From assembly GCA_951406725.2 (NCBI GenBank), contig OX597828.1:6510001-6574000 (forward strand): a DNA stretch of 64,000 bases. The letters run 5' to 3'. The notes under the pieces are model-generated. The model saw only the letters and a list, made by a program, of their open reading frames with translations, was not told the DNA's origin and did not search any database. A program made the position numbers and the translations under genes. This document shows positions 13,849 through 26,934 of this stretch, in pieces (within the stretch, counting starts at the first letter, position 1; each line of letters starts with the position of its first letter). The stretch is from Octopus vulgaris (taxonomy: Eukaryota).

Positions 13849-15136
13849 GCAAGCTTTTAAATATGGTTTTGGGATGTTCTACAGTTTTAGTGATAAGGTG
13901 TTTAATAATATTTTACCAAATACTTGTGCACTGTTCTATGTGACAGCGATTGTTTTTCATTTTACTTATCCCCAGATCAGATTTATCAAGCAGATTTATG
14001 ATGAGACATGTTCCTGCCGTGACCATCCATCTTTTACCTCTACGGTATGTATTAGATATATATTTTTGTAATATCTGCTGCAGGCCGGGAGGCCGAAGCA
14101 TTCAGTCGTCCGTCAATGAAATTTATGGAAAATCTACAAAAGATATCTAGATATTATTCATCTGGGACTGTATTATGCTATGTACCATCACTTTCTTTAA
14201 AAAGTAGGGCGGCATTGAAGGAGATTTCTACGACTATTTCTTACTAGGAAAGTAACAACGTGGAGTCTCCTTCATTCGATTAATCCCATTTCATTTCTTT
14301 AATTAAGTATTAATTTGTTACATTTTCCTATGAAACTGAAACAGGTGTATATTTGGTTGTGTACATACATTAGACAGATTATAGTCGATTGAAGCATACC
14401 TATGACAGTGTATATAGTGGTCAACTGGTGCAATCACTAGCGCTCCGGTGATCTTACTTTGCAGTAACCGAACCATGTTTCTACGCCTCCATAGAGATTA
14501 ACTTTATTTTTCACTATTTTGGGAGTTAATAAATAAAATACCGGTTCTGTACTGCAGCCAGTTTTTTTTTTCTTTTTCTCATTCTTTCTTTCTATCTACT
14601 TTGGAAGAAATCGGTAGTTGTCAACACTGAGGATATACGCCAAGTCTAAAAATGCTCAAGATGTGCCATATTTCACAACGGTGCCTCTGCGACACAAAGA
14701 AGTCGAAGGCTCGAGACCAAGCAAAGTCGGTGTATAGTTCATTGAAATGAAGTGTATATCACAGGTTTCCATGTCTTTTATTGATGATGCAAAATATGAA
14801 GGCAAAATAAGTATACCCGCTAGCATTTGAACTCAGAACAGATATATAGCGAATACAGCTTCAATGATCACAGTATATTTTATGACAGGGGCATAAAACT
14901 TAGCAGGGATGGAGAAGGGCTTGTAGGCAGGAGAGAACGAAGTGGAGTTTGTGTGTGTGTATGTGTGTGTATGTGTGTGTGTGTGTGTTTGAGTGTGCAG
15001 CCGAGAGGAGGGAGTGGGAAAGAGTGACAAAGAATAGATACAACTTAAGAAATAAAGCTATAAACGAAGAAGTGAAGAAGAGAAAAAAAGTGGAGGAAGA
15101 GCAGAAGGAAATACGTAGAAGAAGAAGGGAAGTGAG

Positions 15137-15195
<59 letters not shown>

Positions 15196-15334
15196 ATGTC
15201 AGGGAAAGAAGAAGCAAAGATAGAAAGGAAGAAATATATTTAGCATGTATGAAGACGAGGAAGGAGAGATAGAGAGACAAGGGAAGAGGGGAAGGAAGAG
15301 GTTCAGAGATCGATAATTCCTGTTCGAGCTGTCT

Positions 15335-15346
15335 GATCACGTGATC
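15335..15346. promoter_or_regulatory. Candidate bHLH-ZIP E-box (GATCACGTGATC palindrome) in a small CpG-containing island
   Basis: 12-bp palindrome containing TCACGTGA, between a GA-rich and a CT-rich tract; function unproven. Confidence 0.25.
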
Positions 15347-15679
15347 CGGCGTTCCGCTTTGATATCGAAGCGACATGCAATAATGATAGCTTTGAAATGT
15401 TCGACCTATTTCCGAAATCTTCTTCCGAATTATTCTTCATGTCACACTCCCCAGCTCCATCTCCCCACCTTCCACACACACACACACACACTCTCTCTCT
15501 TTTCTCCCTTTCTCTCTCTCCCTCTTTCTTTGACTCTCTCTTGTCATGCTCAGTCGCACCATCATATCTTGAGAGAGTTCTCGTCCACTCCCTCATAAAA
15601 CTTTATCTATCTCTTTCTATTACATCTACTCTCACCAACTCTTACACAATCTTACGTTTAATTTTCCCTTTCCATGTTA

Positions 15680-15726
<47 letters not shown>

Positions 15727-16044
15727 ACTATCTTCCTCTTTCACTGTTTCTCCCCTATCACTCATCCTCTCTTTCTCCATCCCTTCTGCTCTCTTTTACT
15801 CTTCTTTCTCTCCTTCTGTCCCACTTCCCCTCTCTCTCTCTCTCTCTCTCTCACTCTCACACACACTATCCTTCTATCTCTAGAAATTCTTTGCAAACTC
15901 TATTGATCTTTCTCAGTCACTCTCACCGCCTGATTATGTCATTCGATCACTTTTCCTTCTATTTTCGTCCTTCTCTCCCTCCCTGACTCCAACTAATGTA
16001 TGTATGTATGTGCGCGCGCGTTGTGTGCTTACGTATATAGATAT

Positions 16045-16089
<45 letters not shown>

Positions 16090-16361
16090 CATCGATAAAT
16101 AGTTAAATAGACACATACATACATATGTAGATGCGTATGTATGTATGTATGCATGTATGTTTGTATGCGTGCATGGATATATGTATGCATTGACGAGCGT
16201 ATCTACTCATAAATGTGTATGGGTGTATGCATGGAAATACAAATATCTATGTGTATATATATATATATATATGTGTGTGTGTGCGTGAATGTATATATAT
16301 ATATATGTTTGTATGCATGTATGCATGTATGTATATATATTTATGTGTGTATGCATGTATT

Positions 16362-16398
<37 letters not shown>

Positions 16399-17155
16399 GT
16401 ATGTGTATGTATATATATATATATATATATATATGCGTGTGTGTGTGTGTGTGTAATATGCATGCATAAATATTGATATACAGAAGCTTACATACGTTTC
16501 TAAGAAAATATGTGCGCCTACGCATATCCGTTCGCACACACACATACTATTTAAACACAAACACTCATGTTCATAAGGTTACGCACTATCAGATTGTCTT
16601 ATTCACTCAGAGACACATACACACACCAATTCATACACACACTTCCATACACATATACATTTACCATCATGTAGTACATAGAAACACCTATTCATGAACA
16701 GCCATGTATGCTCTTTCGTGCACATTTACATAAACGCTGAGGTATACATACACATTCACAAGATGCACAAATGTGAAAATCTTAACTGCTGCACGCACAC
16801 ACTGATCGCCATTTTGTTTCTCATCCGCTCATTACGGAAGCATGTTCATCATATATGCAACCTGCTTCTTTCTAAATCATTCCAACCCCTGTGATGTGTG
16901 CTTCCGGTACATATCTCTTCGTAACACGACAAAGCAGATTTTATCTTTTGTTTTAAGGAATCTGTCATTAACAGAAAGGACCACTATTCAATACTCCTCT
17001 CCTCTCAATTCTCTCTTCTTTCTATATTTATATAATGTGCATTTTACAGTTAGGGACATGCATGTATGCTCATGCATGTCTTATATACATATATGTATAT
17101 GTATAAGTATATATATGTGTATGTATATATATATACATATACATATATATACATA

Positions 17156-17237
<82 letters not shown>

Positions 17238-17457
17238 CTCACACATATATATACATATATATATATATGTACTTACATGTATTTATATATATATATATGT
17301 GTGTATGTAGGTGTATATATAAGTATATATATACATACATACACACAGGCATATATATGGGTGTCTATGTATATGCATGTATATGTGAGTGTATATGTGT
17401 GTGTGCGTGATTGTATGTGTGTCTGCGTGTGTGTGTATGTATGTGTGTGTGTGAATC

Positions 17458-17652
17458 ATAGGCACAGGCGTAGCTGTGTGTTTAGAACCTTGCTTGCTTC
17501 CCAATCACTTTGTTCTGGGTTCAGTCGATAGAATAAATACTAAGCTTTAAAGATGTAAGTACTGGGTTCCATTCATGCGACTAAAAATTCTTCAAGGTCC
17601 TGCCCCAGCATGGCCGCAGTGTAATGACCGAAACAAATAAAGAATAAAAGAT
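17458..17652 (+). mobile_element. SINE family A, internally deleted
   Basis: Head GGCACAGGCGTAGCTGTGTG...GGGTTCAGTC joined to tail CCCCAGCATGGCCGCAGTGTAATGACCGAAACAAATAAAGAATAAAAG. Confidence 0.75.
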
Positions 17653-18743
17653 ACATATACATACATAAGGAGGATAGAGGTGGAGAAAGACAGAGTATAA
17701 ATGGAAGATATTTTTATGTATTTTGTGATAGAAAAGCTCAATATATGATTGGCTTACATGTTTGTAGACACTCAACTACCCTTGTTTTATATATTCCTAT
17801 GTATACAGGTGACGAAAATACTAAACAAAATTTTGTTATAGATAAAACAGCTTACCCTAATATAATTCGGATTACGTATATATATACATATATATATATG
17901 TTGGCATACGTTTATACATTACATATATTTCTCTAATATAGAATATATATTATAGAATATATTTTCTTTTAGAAAATTCTAGAATAAATCTCAACAAGCA
18001 AACAGCTTAGACTAATATAAAATATTTATTGATATATGTTACCGCTAAATTAACAATGGCGCATTATATATTAAAATATATATTCATGGGAACAGTATGT
18101 ATTCCTGAAAACTGGGTGCGTATTAAATAACAGCATCAAAAAGCCACAATACAACTGTATCAATGCTATGCTATTATATATATATATATATATCTTTACC
18201 ATCACCCATTTAGTACACTCGGTAATGTAATTGCAATGCAATAAAAACACTTGTGTATTAATAATTGGGTATTCTACCAGCAGTATATTGGATAGATATT
18301 ATCCCTTAGTTGGTTGGATTTACAACCTCTAACTTACTTGGAATTAAATTATATATATATATATATGTATGTATGTATGTATACATAAATGTGTGTGATT
18401 ATATGTGTGAGTACGTGCGTCTGTTTGCATGTGTCTTCCCATACCTAGAGATTAACAGACTGTGTGGGTATATTTGCCAACCTATATATTAAATGTTCAG
18501 CAAATGGCAAACGGAAGGTAAGGCCTAAAATTAAGTGCCTAGTTCTATTTGGTCATGGCTTTATCTCAGAATAGACACAGGCCTAAAATCGTAAAACTGA
18601 AGCAAAAACATATAAAATATAAACACATATACGAGTACATACATACATACAAATATGTGTGTGTGGGGGCGCACGTGTGTGTATGCATGCATATATGTAT
18701 GTATGTATGTATGCATTATGTATGCATGTATGCATGTATGTAT

Positions 18744-18775
<32 letters not shown>

Positions 18776-18788
18776 AAATATATATGTG

Positions 18789-18902
<114 letters not shown>

Positions 18903-19134
18903 TAATATATATGTATGTATATATATTTCGCCATGCTGGACCGCTGAAATCTATAAGTTTTTTTACACACACACACACACTCTCTCTCTCTTTCTTTTTT
19001 TCTATTCCTCTCTGTTATAATATACGCTTTCATTTTTCCCGAGCGTCAACTAATACACTTGCTTGTTGTTCGTACACCTGTCTTCGTAGTTTGTTTTTCT
19101 ATAAATTTCAACTATATATATATATATACATGTA

Positions 19135-20018
19135 TAGTAACGAAGCTAAAGCACGTAGAGTGATGTCGCTTGGCACAGATTCACCTAGACCTCTGCTATA
19201 CATGAGCACTATGTTTTAACGTTCTAGCTTACTTTTGCTATCTACAGCAGGGCTTGGAATGAAGGTGTGTAGCGTTTGATCGTCGCATTGATCATGACAG
19301 AGAAAGGTGAGCAGGGAATATGCATTAAATTTTGCCAAAAGCTTGGCGATATCTGCTCAGACACTTACGCAAAGTTTTTTAAAATTTTCATCGTTCTCGA
19401 TACTATTAAGTAGATTTTTAAGCAACTGAGACCCCAGTGTCTTCTTGGTCAGCTAAAAGCAATTTTGGCATAAACTTGACAGACACGCGTATCATACCCA
19501 AAGCTTCAGTAATAATGGACTAAAGATATGGGTATGAACCATATGAACCATAATGAACCATAAATAATCTGCACATCCTCTGATAACTCACGGTTGATGA
19601 TTCGACGATTTCCCCTCACAGCTACACGAGCATCTGCGATACTTTTCTCAGTTATGCTGGTTGCGGGTATCTCAAAAGGTTCGTCAATATCGACATATTT
19701 TTGGCCTTCTTGAAAACGTCTGAACTACTTATACACTTGTGTTTGTCTTATACACTCCTCTCCATACTCTTTCTGCAACATTACGTAGGCCTCTGACCAG
19801 GTATGACGATGACAACTTCCTCTGGCATGGTCAAGCGACGATAACATGCTACACACGTTCCTTCCAAGTACTGCTGTAAACAGCGGAAGTGAACTAGAAC
19901 ATTAAAACATACAATCTATGCACAGCAGCGTTTCAGGTCAATTTGTGTCTAGCGGCTGTACTCTGCGTGCTTCAGCTTCATTACTATGACAACAGTCCGG
20001 GTACTTATTGATTTGTAC
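19135..20018. mobile_element. Non-autonomous mariner derivative with two inverted 5' ends
   Basis: ~170 bp at 19135-19305 is an inverted copy of ~19815-19986. Plus strand encodes MTEKGEQGICIKFCQKLG; minus strand encodes EAYVMLQKEYGEECI..VYK*FRRFQEG and LGMIRVSVKFMPKLL (mariner N-terminus). Confidence 0.85.
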
Positions 20019-20119
20019 TTTATTATAAAGTACCATAATGCCAAATGTTTTGCTTATCCTTTGTGATCCCTCCAAACGCCATGCTCTTGACTTATGCTCG
20101 ATTTTTATCACTCTCTGTA

Positions 20120-20360
20120 CACGTTTTGCGGTGTTTCGTCTACTGTTACGTTCTGAGTTCAAAATCTGCTGAGGTCGACTTTGCCTTTCATCCTTTCGGG
20201 GTCGATAAATTAAGTACTAGTTATGCACTGATGTCGATATAATCGACTTAATCCTTTTGTCTGTCCTTGTTAGTCCTCTCTGTATTTAGCCCCTTGTGGG
20301 TAGTAAAGAAATAGGTATTTCGTCTATCTTTACGGTCTGAGTTCAAACCCCGCCAAGGTC
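20120..20360 (+). mobile_element. tRNA-derived SINE family B, plus start of a second partial copy
   Basis: TTACGTTCTGAGTTCAAA...GAGGTCGACTTTGCCTTTCATCCTTTCGGGGTCGATAAATTAAGTAC. Confidence 0.8.
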
Positions 20361-20648
20361 ACAGATCTGTGACACTAAAGCTAGTAAGACGTGAAACAGA
20401 CAGCTGAAACAGAGGCAACAAAGTATTGGCCAGAAGAAAGAGAGAAAGCAGTCATTACTCTTGGCTGGGCACGCTGGAATTCATCCCCACATCTTTTAAC
20501 AGGACGTCAGGCTCAATTCAGACGGTTATGTGATCTTGCAAGCGACTGTGGTCAAACCATGGAAGGCCATATATTTCGCAGACTGTTTCGGCTTTGTGCT
20601 ATACAACAGGAAAGATTCAGAAGTGGTTAGAGAAAAAAATATATATAT

Positions 20649-20687
<39 letters not shown>

Positions 20688-20969
20688 ATTTACGCGCTGT
20701 GAAGCGGTGGTGTTCTCATATTCTTGGGGTATGTATAATTGTTCGTCTGTATGTGCACTGGATTATATTGCACTCATGATGGGAAAAAGGGGGTTTCCTT
20801 TAATCCTGAAACCAATTGATATGTAATTAAACCTTTTCATGGATCGCTTCCGTTTATTTGTCCAAATTCGGCGCGTATTTATTGAGCTAGTTTTAAGGTA
20901 GCTAAGAAACATTCTTCTTCTTAAAGCAAGTGGCAAAGCAAGTGTGCTTATTCACATGCCCTGAATATA

Positions 20970-21032
<63 letters not shown>

Positions 21033-21042
21033 GTATGTATGC

Positions 21043-21126
<84 letters not shown>

Positions 21127-21907
21127 CAATATATATATACGCATGTATGTATATATATACGTATGTATGTATGTATGCATGTATGTATGTATTTATGTAT
21201 GTATGTTGTATGTATGTATATATGAATATATTTATGTGTTTGTGTGTGAGTGGGTGTGTGCCCGCGTTTTTGTGTGTGTGAGACTCCGTCTATCTTTTAG
21301 TAAGGGATCACAACCCATAAAAGAGTTATAATGGCCCCTTTACAGAACCTAGGATTCAGGACAGCTACTTACGTTTCGAGGTGAAGTAAAATTAGGAGGT
21401 GTACATTTTACTGCTTACACCAACAAAATCATAGTTCTCACACTGATAATTTGTGGAGCGCCAAAAATTGCATTCTTCTTGTAGGTAATGATAATTCTTC
21501 TACCCGAAATTTGAGAATGTGTAAACATTTCTGTATCTGAATACAATGTAGAGTTACAGTAGAGGTATGGATGTGTGTATGCACATGTAATCGCATATAT
21601 ATATATATATATACATCCTAAATTAAACAAAACGGTTATCCTGACCTGTACTAGAGGAAGTTGAATGAGCATTGTTTATGTAGGATCAATTGTTTATATT
21701 AACATGAGCTTTAATGAAACGTGCACGTTGATTTATCGATTGATATATGGTCTCTGCCTATTCATTTATTATATCAATAAGCATGTAAATACTTATATAA
21801 AAGAAAGTTATGACTCTCACTCTATATGTTAGAAAATATTTGTCTGTGAAAATAACGATAAACTTATATATATATACATACCTACAAACACACATATATA
21901 CATACAT

Positions 21908-21976
<69 letters not shown>

Positions 21977-24900
21977 TACTGTATATATATATATATATAT
22001 ATATTGATAATTGTATATATGTGGTGCAGTGCAATCGTATTATATTCTAGCGAGATATCTAATAATGACACACACATCTTATAGATGTATACACAATTAC
22101 ACACATGTACACCCTCTCTTATATTTGTATAATTATAAGACCAAATACAAATATATGGTCTCAAGTGCGATTCCATTGGATTTTTTTATAGCTCTTACGT
22201 TGTTTCAATATACATTTTCTTCAAAGACTTTCCTGTATTGATTTTGTTTTAGTAACTATTGTTTTAGTAAGTATTGTTTATTAAAATTTATTATCCTCGA
22301 AGTTGTAACTATGTTTTCTCTGTTATGTGGTTGATGGCATTTTGCGCTTATTCTCCATCATCATATATTCTGTGGTGTGGTATATTGATTACGGCATATA
22401 ACTAAGATTTTGAATTGAATGTTTTCGTTTACACTTCCAAACTTGAATAGGTATGAAGCAAGCTAATTATTATTCCGTCTCTTAGTACTATATCATACTG
22501 ATATTTCAAATACAGATTACACATTGAAAGGAAGTGTGGCGATGAATTTTAACGTTTACTCAATGCATCTCTACGCGTGTTTCATTAGCAATAATATCTG
22601 TCACATAGCGTAATAAGATATAATCAGATTATGTCATCAGATAGTCAGGTCTCTGAAGTCAAATTCACAAGTTAGCCACTGCATAGTCGCTCGACATGCC
22701 ATGAATGGCATTCAAAATTCCGTTAGACAATGCTCTATCATCTTACAAATGAAACGTTGCATAACGTGGTACAAAAAAGTCAAAGAGCAGTTGCAGTTGG
22801 AATTTCTTTAGTCATAACTTGCTCATTCCTCGATGATTAGGATCTACCTAAGCAGTACAGTAACCAGCTGATGACATAAACAAGAAAGGATTCATTTTTG
22901 ACTTAATTTCTAAAAACTAATTGGCAAAAGGTATCATGCTCACAATTTGAAGGTTTTTGGAAATTCCTCGGCTCAATGAAAGTATGTTAATGTGTCCTAA
23001 AGAACGACATTAAAAACATCTACGGCCAACGACAAGAATATTTTCTAACTTAAGCACAAAGTTTCAAATCCATAACAGAAGGCGTATTATCAGTACCATA
23101 GTTATAACGTGCCCAAAAGAGTGTAGAAATGCATTGAGTCATTTCTTCCATCTTTTTTTCCCCGAGTTCAAATATCCAAGACGCCAACGCTGCCTTTCCT
23201 CATACCCTGTCCTATAAATAAAGTATCAGTGTTCTCTCTCTCTCTTTCACACTTTTAGTCTTATACTCTAGAAAGTGTTGATTGCATTCACACCTGGAGA
23301 TGAATGTTTTCGCTTAGATTAAATGCCCAAAAATGTGATATGTTACAAAGTCACCCGTATGAGGCTATCAGAAGATTTAGAATCAAAGGAAGACGACTCA
23401 TGCAGATTCTAATTTTAGTGAGCCCAGACACTTTAAGAAAGTAGGGTATGATTCGAGTGAGATCTGTATGCTATTTCTTGATAGGCGAATGACCACTTAA
23501 AGACTCCCACGTTGGCTCATTAAGGGCAAATTGAGGCCAATGGTAATTTGAATTTAGTGCTGTGAAGAACATTAAATTACAGTCATGCATTTAAAGCATC
23601 GGCCTTTTCTATCACTCAGCTTTAGCACCCTTATGAGAGAAATCAATAATGAATTGAAGATCAATCATCTCAAACTTGTACTCCTAGTTCGAAAATGAAT
23701 TGAATCACCTGGCTTTGCTGTTTTAAAGGAATTCCTACCACTTTCATCGCCCTGAAGTGTTCTTTACTTCTTTTTGATCGTTTTGTGTGTCATTTCTTTC
23801 AGCTTTATGACTATAATTATTCATTTGACAATAACAAAGAGAACGTGGAAAGCATTTAATTTCTCCATCATTAGAAAAATATCTCTTGTTCTTTTCTCAA
23901 AGGAGACTCATTCAAAAGGGTTGTTTCAGCGCTGTTAACTGGTTACTAGTGACACACGATATATTCATCTAAATCTGGGATCCCATCTTTGATCTTTTGA
24001 GCTCTTTAAATGACCATATAAAGGTAGAGGCAGAGGGATAAAATAAAGCAAATAGAAGATTGAAAAGATGAAGGAAAAGAAAAGAAGAAAAAAAAAGTAA
24101 CGAGCTTCTTTGGCATATTTCATCGTTCATTTTTGGAAATAAATTAATTATTTACGAAAATTATGGCTAAAATTATTGTTGATATGAAAACTATATTTCA
24201 AATATGAAATAAATCTGGAAATTCTCTTCTCTGAAAAAAAATATACATGGATACAGATATGAATTGGTCGTCCGTCGATTTCCACGATGATTCGATTAAA
24301 TGGCTTACTTTAGGAATTAGAGTGAAGCAGCTGAGTATTTGACAGATACAACCATTTCTTGCGTAAATCTCTATGCGAATTAGAGAGTGACATGGCTGGG
24401 AATTCGAATTATTAGTATCTACTATCCAACGGGCTGCAGTACAGTTTCAGCCTATTCTGTTTAACCTGCAAGGGTTGAGACGCCTCGAGGGTGCGATAAA
24501 AGATACCGCACAAAAGTATCGAACGCATGACCTTATGATTGCTAAGCTTCCTTCTTAAATATTCGTAGATACTGCGTCTATGTATACACTTATACGGTGC
24601 AGATAGTTTTTGAAGCAGTCTCCTGGTTCTGAGCTTATGGTTAAAACAAGATACAAATCAGCAAAGTAGAACAAGAGAAATCACGAGAGAAAACGAGAGG
24701 AAGGATAAAACGTAGAAGGATAAAGAAAACAGAAAATAAAAGGGAAAAGAAAAAGCTATATACAGAAGACATATTTATTCTCTCATTCTATGAGTTGTAT
24801 TATAGTGAAAATGAGATCTATCGTATTTTAGTACCTACGGAAGCCTGCTTGCTTTCTTAACTGTTGATCCTCGAGATTTTTCGATAATCTAGTGACTATG

Positions 24901-25487
24901 ACCTGCATAAGCAGGCGAGACAAGTGATAGTTCTATTTTATTAACATTTTCTTTGTCATCGTTCTTGACAAGCAAGATGGCATTTGACTTTTCCCACGAT
25001 GGGAGTATTTTACCCTCCTTTATATAACGATTGAGGCGAGGATGTTCCATTGATCTTCACCTCTGCATCTTAACATTCTCTTGTAATGTCATCTTTCCCA
25101 AGAGTTTTGTTTGTTTTAGTCAGTTTGAGGGCATTTTCAATTTCACTGACCAAAATAAATGGCAAAAGCAATATTGATACCAAAAAAAAAACATAATTTA
25201 TTTTTAATGCGCCCACGTGAAACCGCAGGTTCTATATCAAATTGCCTCTCTCCCTGAAGGATGTTGTTGACAACAGCTTGGAGTCACTCGCTCCCAGTCT
25301 TACTGCGTATTCTGACTCCATCCAAGTGTATTTCTGCATTCCCTCACTCAGATATATTGTCATCACATATGTTAGCACCCATAGTTGGGACCCCCTCACT
25401 AGCGTTAATAATAATAATAACTAAGAAAAAAATTCTATGTCTATTATAAATGTATTTTTGTTTATTTTTATTTTTATTTAAATCTCA

Positions 25488-25569
25488 CCTACTGAAGAGT
25501 ACAAATTCGACCTTTATTATGTTCTCTTCGCGAAAATATTGGTCCTTTTGTCAGAAACAATTGTCTGGG
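25488..25569 (+). ncRNA. Type I minimal hammerhead ribozyme motif, stem II base degenerate
   Basis: CCUA-CUGAAGA-GUACAAA...UUUUGUCA-GAAA-CAAUUG-UC-UGGG: core intact, stem I CCUA/UGGG, palindromic stem III ACAAUUGU, GUC cleavage triplet. Confidence 0.6.
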
Positions 25570-25924
25570 AATATGAAATAAAAGCATAATCCATTTTAGC
25601 ACCCAATCTGCTTTATTTCAATTATTTGATGAAATTTATTGAACATTGTTTAATAAATTGTCTGACACTGATCATTTCTTTTAATATATATTTATGTGTG
25701 TGCGTGTGTGCGTGTGTGTGTGCGTGTGTGCGCGTGTGTGTGTATGTATGTATGTATACATACACACACATACTCACACACACATGTATATATTCCCATA
25801 AAAGCTTGCACTTAGTGCAAGCGTAACAGTCCGAATGTTGTCGTTTGGGAAGGCATGACATGATATGTACCGTCATGTGGATCAGCTGTCCAGCTGATGT
25901 GAATATCTATTCCAATATATATAT

Positions 25925-25963
<39 letters not shown>

Positions 25964-26017
25964 CACATATATACATACATACACACACACACATATATAT
26001 ATGTGCATATATGTGTG

Positions 26018-26050
<33 letters not shown>

Positions 26051-26056
<6 letters not shown>

Positions 26057-26934
26057 TTAATAAGGGTGAGAGAATTAGATACTAATTTAATAGTATATCT
26101 ATTCAACACCAAGTGGCCTAGTGCTCGAGAAACCTGGATTATTATAATATTTTATAATATATTATAATATTTTTACAAAATAAATATAAGAGAGTGGTCA
26201 CTATATGGCTCACTCTAGCACCAGTTAATCCAAAAGGTTTCAACCACAAAAATACATGTTTCCCATGAAAGTCAGTACGATTGTTAGCTCACACGGACAG
26301 GGCAAATAAAAAATAACAAAAATACAGATTATTTTGGGACAATTGTTTCGCTATTAATGAATTAAATGTAATTTTACTTACAAAAAAATCCACTTGTAGC
26401 TCGTCAGCCAAAACTATCTGGATGAAATCCACTCAATCACACGCCAGATTTTACCATAACGATAAATACACGTGTGGTTCAATTGATTACATCCGACGTT
26501 ATAATTCAAATGCCCCAACTAACAGCGCGCCAAACTTTCACGGAAAACAAATACTGCATTTAGAAATAAATGCAGCATAATTATAATTAATTAATAAGGG
26601 TGAGAGAATTAGATACTAATTTAATAGTATATCTATTCAACACCAAGTGGCCTAGTGCTCCGAGAAACCTGGATTATTATAATATTTTATAATATATTAT
26701 AATATTTTTACAAAATAAATATAAGAGAGTGGTCACTATATGGCTCACTCTAGCACCAGTTAATCCAAAAGGTTTCAACCACAAAAATACATGTTTCCCA
26801 TGAAAGTCAGTACGATTGTTAGCTCACACGGACAGGGCAAATAAAAAATAACAAAAATACAGATTATTTTGGGACAATTGTTTCGCTTGGTGCTAGAGTG
26901 AGCCATATAGTGACCACTCTCTTATATTTATTTT
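26051..26934 (-). mobile_element. Retrozyme-like / Penelope pLTR-like element: ~1.56 tandem copies of a 534-535 bp non-coding unit plus a terminal inverted segment, in (TA)n
   Basis: 26051-26352 is repeated near-identically at 26585-26887 (one 1-nt indel seen). 26888-26934 is the reverse complement of ~26712-26758. The unit contains an intact HHR and no ORF in the track. Confidence 0.8.
26332..26413 (-). ncRNA. Intact type I hammerhead ribozyme
   Basis: Minus strand UUUUGG-CUGACGA-GCUA-(43 nt)-UAGC-GAAA-CAAUUG-UC/CCAAAA: all conserved core nucleotides, 6-bp stem I, 4-bp stem II, A-U and C-G stem III with palindromic AAUU loop, GUC site. Confidence 0.88.
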
